NCBI GenBank assembly: GCA_044892525.1 | Contig: CM097886.1 | Span: forward strand, 78,616,001-78,680,000 | Length of the DNA: 64,000 nucleotides | Reading direction: 5' to 3' | From: Schmidtea polychroa | Taxonomy: Eukaryota | Part shown: positions 55,070 to 64,000 of the stretch, in pieces | Position numbering within the stretch: the first letter of the stretch is position 1 | How the letters are laid out: the number at the start of each line of letters is the position of its first letter | The notes under the pieces: model-generated | Database searches by the model: none | What the model was told of the DNA's origin: nothing | The model's input: the letters and a program-made list of their open reading frames with translations, nothing else | Position numbers and translations under genes: made by a program

Positions 55070-55440
55070 AAAAATCATATATTCCCATCTTAACCCATGT
55101 CTCATTAAATTTAACCGACTATATTCCCATCTTAACCCATCCTTCATTAAATTCAATCGACTATATCTCCCTTACAATGATATATTCCTACCTTATCCGA
55201 TCTCTCATTAAATTCAATCGACTATATCTCCCTTACAATGATATATTCCCATCTTATCCGATCCCTCATTAAAGTCAATCGACTATATCTCCCTTACAAT
55301 GATATATATTCCCATCTTAACCTATCCCTCATTTAATCTAACCGACTATATCTCCCTTAAAAGATCATATATTCCCATCTTAACCGATCTCTCATTAAAT
55401 CTCACCGACAATATCCCATCTTAACCGATCTCTCAGCAAA
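55070..55440. repeat. ~45-55-bp tandem repeat
   Basis: tatattcccatcttaacc...ctcattaaatt..a.cgacta repeated about 7 times. Confidence 0.85.
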
Positions 55441-55974
55441 TATTTCTACCCTTTTAAACATCTATCCGATTATATCCCTTACTTTCCCTAAAGATTCCGC
55501 CCACTTTAGCCCTTTAATATATATCAATCCTCTAAAAATCCTTAGAGAACTTCAAAAATATGACTTTTCATTAACTGTTATAGACACCAGACATTCTTCC
55601 ATAGAAATAATTTAGAAGCTAAATAATAAGAGCCCACTAAAAGATCAAAATTCACTAAAATTTCTACAAATATTTACCATCAAATACCTAACTGGAGATG
55701 ATATATATTGATTGACCATAATTTTTCATCGATTCAGCCAATCATTTTCAAGCACTATCAGCAAACTAAATTTCTGTATATCCAACAATAATTATCAAGT
55801 AAATTTAAAGTCCCTGATAAAGTTATGTTTTTTAAAGATCATCAATGTGTAAATATTCTTAGAAAATTATTGAAAACATTATTAAGTCAAATATATTACA
55901 AAGTTATCATCAAAAATCACTTAATTATTAGCCTAATTGTCAATAAATTTTTATTTTAAAACAATTCAATAAAA

Positions 55975-58900
55975 TACAACTAATTATCAAGAAATTAATT
56001 AAATTTTTCAATTAAATTTATCACCATTAAAACTTTTAATCAGTCAACATGAAATTCTTAGAAAATTATTCAATATCCTCATCAAAATTTATCCTATCAC
56101 TTGATTATTGTACAAACTCTAATTATTAACCTCATTAAAAATAATTTTTATTTAAAATTAAAAATACATCCAATTATCAAGAAATTAATTAAATTTATCT
56201 TAGAACTAACTTTAAATTATTAAATATTCATTCAATAAACATGAAATTCACAAGAATGATAGAAATCTGCAAAAATAATAGAAATTTACAAAAATCAAAG
56301 AAATTCACAAAAATGATAAAAATTCATGAAAATGATAGATATTCACAAAAATTACTGATATTCACAAAAAATTATGGAAATTCATGAAAATGATTGAAAT
56401 CCACAAAAAAAACGATAAAAATTCACAAAAAATTATGGAAATTCATGAAAATGATTGAAATCCACAAAAAACGATAAAAATTCATAAAAATGATAGAAGT
56501 TCATAAAAATTATAGAAATTTACTTGAATATTTACTAAAAACATCAACTCCAAAAATTATCAATACCTTAAACAACAAATAAATACCTTAAACATTCAAA
56601 TAAAAGCATTAAATGATCAGTACCCTTGCGACATGTTGAATGTGAGTAGTACCCTTGTGAGCAATACCCATAGGGGGGGACAGAATATTTTGTCGGATAA
56701 ACTCAGAGTATATATTAATTAACTCATTCTTCATTGAATCAGTAAAATTATCATAAATTTCGATAAAAATTCTAATGTGGTAAGCAATGTAAAAGACAAT
56801 TATTCTTTAAACTTTGATAAAATTAACAATGAAGGTGGTAAGAATCTTCATTAAAGTGAGGAAATTATTCATTACTCGATTCAAATGGGTGAAAATAATT
56901 GGTAGAATAATTCATTAATGGAGGTAAATAATGAGAAGTGGCATAGATAAGAAGAAGGTTGATAAGAATGGAAATATATTAATTGAATTTATTTAAAATT
57001 ATTTCATAAAATTCATAAATTTAATAAAAAAAAAGAAATATTTGTGGGGAATAATTAATCAAAATCGGAGGGGATATTAGTGATTAATTAATGGAAAATA
57101 GAGAATCGGGGAATATAAGTGATTAATTAATGGAAAATAGAGAATCGGGGAATATAAGTGAATAATTAATGGAAAATCGGGAATCGGGGGTAATATAGGG
57201 ATTAAATAGTGGAGAATAATAGTGAATATAAGTGAGGAGGATATATAATTTAAGCTAGTTTATTACATAACAAGCCATGACTAGTTTATTACATAACAAG
57301 CTGTGAATGGTTTTTGAATAAGAAATATGGAATAGGTCTTATTTTTTTAAATTTTTGACTAAAATAAATTCTAAAATAATAACTAATTAATACTAAAATG
57401 TTTTAATTTACATTATGTATTTCAAAAACAATTATCATAAAAGAAAATAATATATATATTACCCTTTTCATTCAAAATAAGTTGAATATTCAAATATAAG
57501 TCTTAGAAAATACAATCAAAATTAAATTTAAAAATATAAATTTTATAAGTTTTTCAAATTCTCGAATAATGTAAATAATAATTTAATTTTTACCGGGTAT
57601 AGACTTAAACTTATTGACGGAATTATGTAATAGAAATAAAAAGTTACTTAGGTTATTTTTTTTTTAAATTATGACTAAGTCCTTCAATAATGTAATATTA
57701 GCTATTTATTAATAAATTTATTATTTTACGTTAAATATTTCAAAAACAATTATCATATTATTAATTATATTACCCTTTTTAATCAAAATAAGATAACTAT
57801 TCAAATAGATGATTTTTATAAATTACAATAAAAATTAAATACTTTTACACTAAATTTAAAAATATAAATTTTATAAGTAAATGTAAATAAGAAATTAGTG
57901 TATTATCAGTTATAGACTTTTTAAACTTATTGATTAGATATTAAAAGTTACTTTTTTTTCAAAAGGTCTTTTAATATTGTATTCTATTTATTATTAAATT
58001 TACTATTTTACACTAAAATATTTAGAAAACAATCATCATAATATTAAATATGAAACTTCAATCAAAATAAGCTAATACTCGAATATATATCTTATAAAAT
58101 ACAATCAAAATTAAATACTTCACAAATTTTAAGTAAAGTTTTTTAAATTCTCAAATAAATGTTAACAAGATATTAATTTAATAATCATTATATACTTTTT
58201 AAACTTATTATTGGAATAAAACAATAGAATGATATTGAAAATATATACAATTTAAAAATACAATAAAAATTAAATTATATACTTTAAAAATTTGGTAAAA
58301 TTTTTATCAACAATTTAAAAATACAATTAAAATTAAATTACATACTTTAAAAATTTGGTAAAATGTTGGTAAAATCCCGTTCACAGCTTGTCATGCAATA
58401 AACTAGTCATGGCTTGTTATGTAATAAACTAGCTTAAATTATATATCCTCCTCACTTATATTCACTATTATTCTCCACTATTTAATCCCTATATTACCCC
58501 CGATTCCCGATTTTCCATTAATTATTCACTTATATTCCCCGATTCTCTATTTTCCATTAATTAATCACTTATATTCCCCGATTCTCTATTTTCCATTAAT
58601 TAATCACTAATATCCCCTCCGATTTTGATTAATTATTCCCCACAAATATTTCTTTTTTTTTATTAAATTTATGAATTTTATGAAATAATTTTAAATAAAT
58701 TCAATTAATATATTTCCATTCTTATCAACCTTCTTCTTATCTATGCCACTTCTCATTATTTACCTCCATTAATGAATTATTCTACCAATTATTTTCACCC
58801 ATTTGAATCGAGTAATGAATAATTTCCTCACTTTAATGAAGATTCTTACCACCTTCATTGTTAATTTTATCAAAGTTTAAAGAATAATTGTCTTTTACAT

Positions 58901-59594
58901 TGCTTACCACATTAGAATTTTTATCGAAATTTATGATAATTTTACTGATTCAATGAAGAATGAGTTAATTAATATATACTCTGAGTTTATCCGACAAAAT
59001 ATTCTGTCCCCCCCTATGGGTATTGCTCACAAGGGTACTACTCACATTCAACATGTCGTAAGTGTATTAGTCGTAAAGGTATTTAATGCTTTTATTTGAA
59101 TGATTATTTAGGCAAATTTGTATAAGGCATTCATTGATAATTTTTAGAGTTGATGGTTTTATTCAAGTAAATTTCTATCATTTTTATGAATTTCTATTAT
59201 TCTTGTGAATTTCCATAATTTTTTGTGAATATCAGTAATTTTTGTGGATATCTATCATTTTAATGAATTTTTATCATTTTTGTAAATTTCTATTATTTTT
59301 GTGGATTTCTAACATTTTTGCAAATTTGATGTTTATTGAATGAATATTTAATAATTTAATGCTAATTCTAAGATAAATTTAATTAATTTCTTGATAATTG
59401 GATGTATTTTTATTGACTTGTTTTTTTTAATTTTAAATAAAAATTATTTTCAATGAGGTTAATAATTAGAGATTTTACAATAATGAAGTGATATGATAAA
59501 TTTTTATGAGGATATTGAATAATTTTCTAAGAATTTCATGTTGACTGATAAATTTAATTGATAAATTTAATTAATTTCTTGATAATTAGTTGTA
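55975..59594. repeat. Large inverted repeat: arms 55975-57307 and 58380-59594, ~1.07-kb spacer
   Basis: For example, 57241-57307 is the reverse complement of 58380-58446. The spacer itself consists of diverged ~330-bp tandem units. Confidence 0.92.
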
Positions 59595-59760
59595 ATTACT
59601 TAAATTAATTTAGATACAAATAAAAAAAAATATATATATATAATATTAGTTTTACCATAAAAATTATGCATTTATGTCCTTACTTGTACATCACGCCTGT
59701 TTTCTGTAACTGTGTATTTCATCAATTTATACTATTTTGTGTGAGATTTACATAATTAAA
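59595..59760. repeat. Direct copy of flanking DNA 60798-60962
   Basis: attacttaaattaatttagatac...tacataattaaa is near-identical at both positions. Confidence 0.93.
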
Positions 59761-61321
59761 TTTACTTTAATTTAAAAATTTGGACCATAATTTACTGTAA
59801 TTTAAAAATTTGAGCCATAATTTACTGTAATTTAAATTTTTAGAACCATTATTTACTGTAATTTAAAAATTTGAGCCATAATTTACTGTAATTTAATTTT
59901 TAAAATTTGGACCATTATTTACTTTAATTGAAAAATTTACCACGTTTTTAGTGTAGACCACATATTTCTCAGGACCAAGGAGACTCACCTCACTATAGTC
60001 TGAAAAATCCTTGGCTTTTTTAGTGTAGACCACCTTTTTGTATTGAAAATATCCTGAGACCTTAAATTACCATGCTTTTTTAGTGGTAGTCGGATTTTTG
60101 TATTGAAAAAAAAATTTTTTGTATTGAAAATCCCAGGACCGTCGTTTTTGTATTGAAAAAAAATTTTTTGTATTGAAAATTCCAGGACCACCGAGACCCC
60201 CTCACTATAGTCTGAAAAATTGCGTAATCAAAAGTTGCAGCAAAAAAAAAGTTGCAGCAGAACCCCCCCCCGGGGGGTCATTGCTGCAGTACGCTACTAA
60301 CTACCTACTTAAGTAATTTGAAGTAATAATTCATAATTAGTAATAGATTTAAATTTATGGTAACATATTTTAAATTATTACTACATCTCAATTAATTTTT
60401 TGAATTTTCTATTAAATTCTGGTTTTTAATCGTCTCGCATACAATGTTCGTGTATTTAACTTTTTTTCCTAGACAATTTATGGAACTTCAACAATACCAT
60501 GTAATCTAAATACATAATTTTCTTTTAAACCATGTGGGGTTGTAACTCTACTTTAAAGTTAGGTTAATAATAATTAACGGTTAAACAATTCTTATTAATT
60601 ATTAGCTGTTGATTTTTTGTTAATATGTTTCCACATGGTTTATATATAAATAGCTTTTTAAAAGAGAATTGTGTTTTGATTTATACACTGCTTGGACATA
60701 AAAATAACATTATCTAAAGCTGAAATTTAAACATGAAATATACCGCAATTTTAATGGGTAATAAAATGAATACTTGTATCTAGTAAGAACACACCATATT
60801 ACTTAAATTAATTTAGATACAAATAAAAAATATATATATATATAATATTAGTTTTACCATAAAAATTATTCATTTATGTCCTTACTTGTACATCACGCCT
60901 GTTTTCTGTAACTGTGTATTTCATCAATTTATACTATTTTGTGTGAGATTTACATAATTAAAGATGGTTGTTTTGAAATGTCAATGTTTTGCTACAAGTT
61001 TTCCGTTAAATTTTAAGTCAAAATCTCTGGAATTTTTGTGGTTTGCTTTATTTATAACTTTTACTTAAATTTGATTATACTTAATTGTTGTTTTTTTAAA
61101 TATAAATATATTTTATTTAAATCTATTCATATTATTTTAAATTTATTTTTAATAAACATTCATCACAAATTGTGACCTAAAATAAATATAATAAAAAATA
61201 ATAGTAATTTAAAAAATAATTAAAAAATAATATTATCTATGGTTACAAAGATATAGTTTGTTTTGAGATTCTTAAATCAATTTTTGCACTTTTAATCAAT
61301 AATCGCACATTTAAATTAATA

Positions 61322-61984
61322 CAGGTATCCCTCCTACAGCACGGTCGATAGGTTCCTATAATATGACGTGTTATGTGAAACCGTGCTATAGGAGACTAGA
61401 ATAGTTTAGGACTGAAATTTATTTTTCAAAAATAGTCTTACTTAATTACAAAAAATAGCTTTACTTAATTACAAAAAATTAACTCCTATATAATTAACTT
61501 TAAAAATTTAATAAAATCGATTCCTTTTAAATAAAAATTTATTTAAATATTTTTGTTTACTATTTCACAATTCCACAATATATTTTTTTCTATTTTACAA
61601 AATATGGTCTGCGCTCTTCCGATGGGCTCTACAAAATGCTAATATATATGTTATTACAAATTTATATGTTACAAAAAGAATTCATAACTATTGGATAAAA
61701 TAACACCTGCATAGAATTTTTAAATTTAATAATCCAGCCAGCATACTGAGATTTTTTTTTGTAACAGCGAATTTGTGTACATACACAAAAAATAAATTAA
61801 GACTTGCATTCTTGAAATAATAAGATAAGGGTATTCCCAAATTGTATTTTATGTCAATATTATAATTTTCTTAAAAAAAATAGTGTTGTAGAAGTACCGT
61901 GTTATAAGAGGTTTTCGGAAATTTTTTTAATCGTGTTAGAGTGAAATCATGTTGTGAGATACCATGTTGTAGGAGGGATACCTG
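61322..61984. mobile_element. pogo/Tigger-type MITE (663 bp)
   Basis: TA TSD, TIR CAGGTATCCCTCCTACA(G/A)CA(C/T)GGT. Confidence 0.92.
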
Positions 61985-62399
61985 TACTTAAATTTCTTTT
62001 AAAGATTTGCACTAAAAATCAATAAATGCCCTTTTTAAAAATAATAATTTTGAAATCAATAAAAGTACAAATTTTTAAAAATCAATAATCGTGACTTGAC
62101 CTTGAAGGGGCCTCTGTTGCTAACCAGTGCGCGGTAACTAATGGTGGCGCCCGGGGCTCACATTTACCAACTTTCGTCAATTCGAAATTTTAAATGTGTT
62201 GACCCCTGTCATCCAACAGCAGCATGAGAGAACACATTTCCAAGTTTTTTGTGTAGTAATAACAATTTGTAAATATGGAATCAGTTGTAGACAACTTATG
62301 GTAATACATACTCCTTTCCTACCATAATATATAATTGAATTAGCTAGTCCAAACATATTCACCAGTCAGTGTTTTGTGATGAGAAATTAGGTCGATCTT

Positions 62400-62800
62400 G
62401 TGTAATCTTTGACCAAGAACGAGAGAAATATTCGCAAATTGTGAAGTAAGAATGCCGAATCACTATCAAGGATTACTTACAGCAGTTGAATGTGAATACT
62501 AAAAGTGTGCAAATGATCCTGAAAATATCTGGCGTAAGAAAATATGTTTGTCCCACGTTTTCTTTCCTCTAAGATGTGTGAAAACCTCTGTCCTGTATGT
62601 TCTGAAATAAAGCATGAGTCCAGTAAATGGAAAATACCTCAAAAAACGTGTTCCAGTAAGATGCGATCTGGAACATGTAATCGCAAATCATTGTTGCTGA
62701 CAATTTTTTGGGATCAAAGTGGCATAGTAGTAAATAGAAGTGAGCTTTATAACTCAGACTCATACTCAACATCCTTCCACCATTTTGAATTTTTCAAAAA
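62400..62800 (+). pseudogene. mariner transposase remnant
   Basis: ITIKDYLQQLNV...VQMIL and ESSKWK...LLTIFWDQSGIV resemble mariner HTH and (V/I)FWD motifs. Confidence 0.7.
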
Positions 62801-63045
62801 TTAGGCCATTCAACAAAGAACTTTTTCAAAATTTTCTGTTAAATAAAACAAAAAACTTTTATAATTTTTACTAATTAAAAGGGTTCATTATATTTTATGG
62901 CCAGAATTTCTTCTGAATCATAGGGTTCCCAACCTTTGATGGTCACACTTTTTGGTGTGTTGATAAAATGTTATAGTGCTACTTCAATCTTCGATAAAAT
63001 TCACTTGAAAAAGGCAGTGTTGAAAATTCGTGAATATCAAATAAT

Positions 63046-63853
63046 TAGGGATTGCAAAAAAAACCAAAGAAAACAATACCGGTATTCCAAAAAATAATAA
63101 TTTTCAAAATAAAACAAATAACAACTATTAAGAAAACGAAACAAAAATTCTTTAATTTAAAAAAAAGTAATTCATTTACATTAAAAATTAATAATAACAT
63201 TACATTAAGTACATTAAAAGTAAAAAATTGGCCTTTTTTCACGCAAGAAATAAAACCATACAGAATTTTTTTCACTATTCTTTTCTTCAAAAATTAGATT
63301 TTCCATTTTTTGCGCTGTAAAATTCTACACTATATACAAAGAAAAATGCAAAATGTGTAAATACTTACCCACAGCAAGCCGCAATAACTTTAAAATGCTT
63401 AAAAAATATTTTAAAAATTATTTAAATGTTACTTCAAATGATAATGCAACAAACTATTAAAACAGTTATTTTTTTCAGTTCATAATGTACGCAATATTTT
63501 TTTCAGTTAATTATATATGCGCTCTAAATAAATAATGAAAAACTACTTTTATGTTCTATGTTGTATCAAAAATATAACATTTATGATTGTATGCGAATAA
63601 AAAAGCTTTTACAAATATGAAAAAGCTTTTACGAATGTGAATAAAGCTATATTTTCGTTTTACGAGAAATTTTGTATTACTTTTATTTTTTATTCATGTA
63701 TGTGTAAAAGTATTTTTAAAAGCTTTCATAATTGTACTATGGGATTAATTTGATATACCGATACCGAAATACCAGTTTTAAAAAATATAATACCGGTATT
63801 GATTTTTATTGATTTTTTCCTGGAATATTGAGATCACGGTATTGCGATCCCTA
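63046..63853. mobile_element. hAT MITE (808 bp, TAGGG termini)
   Basis: TIR TAGGGATTGCAA / TTGCGATCCCTA, TSD CAAATAAT, subterminal ATACCG motifs. Confidence 0.9.
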
Positions 63854-64000
63854 CAAATAATCATCGATATATTTATTGATTCATAGTCAAGTTTTTAATA
63901 AATACTACATATATCATGGCTATATGCTATTGGATAGAGCAATGAATTCTCTAGAAGATGGTATGTGGTAAATCCTTTTAAATTAAAAAAACCTAATGAA

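Larger units (their letters stand above)
53112..56708. mobile_element. Nested TIR-bounded unit flanked by TA(TATA)
   Basis: CTCTGAGTTTACCCGACA at 53112 and TGTCGGATAAACTCAGAG ending at 56708, both next to TATATA, with subterminal tcgtaagggta repeats. Confidence 0.55.
49770..60309. mobile_element. Non-autonomous Polinton/Maverick-like element (10.54 kb, no ORFs)
   Basis: Termini AGTAGGTAGTTAGTAGCGTACTGCAGC... and its reverse complement, long TIRs, 6-bp TSD TAAGTA (49764-49769, 60310-60315). Confidence 0.8.

Noticed and set aside
59985-60215. CTCACTATAG match to the T7 promoter core in the TIR repeats
   Set aside because: Only a 10-bp match, lacking TAATACGA; it is part of the repeat unit, so vector contamination or function is unsupported.

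Overview
AT-rich eukaryotic (probably animal) genomic DNA with very short introns (about 41-64 bp in the recognised genes) and dense transposon content. Host genes: a 12-exon DDX42-type DEAD-box helicase (minus strand, 751-4699, running off the window start), a small two-exon CDC26/APC12-like gene (20950-21170), an orphan Ser/acidic-rich ORF (39.8-40.3 kb) and a few unresolved exons. The rest is nested mobile DNA: several hAT families (one nearly intact transposase, deletion derivatives, many MITEs with 8-bp TSDs), piggyBac and pogo/Tigger MITEs, Merlin, Tc1, mariner and Tigger remnants, and solo LTRs. Two structures stand out. (1) A 3.75-kb TG...CA element with a 4-bp TSD (16708-20460) has no gag/pol but carries an apparently spliced orphan gene (CxxC, coiled coil, basic patch, acidic aromatic tail). 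A decayed paralog lies at 7476-7880 behind the same terminal motif. (2) A 10.5-kb ORF-less Polinton/Maverick-like element (49770-60309; AGTAG...CTACT ends, 6-bp TSD TAAGTA) is built from hierarchical minisatellites. It contains a nested TA-flanked TIR pair, a ~1.3-kb inverted duplication and a captured copy of flanking DNA. All calls were made by eye from sequence and translation; no database search was run.
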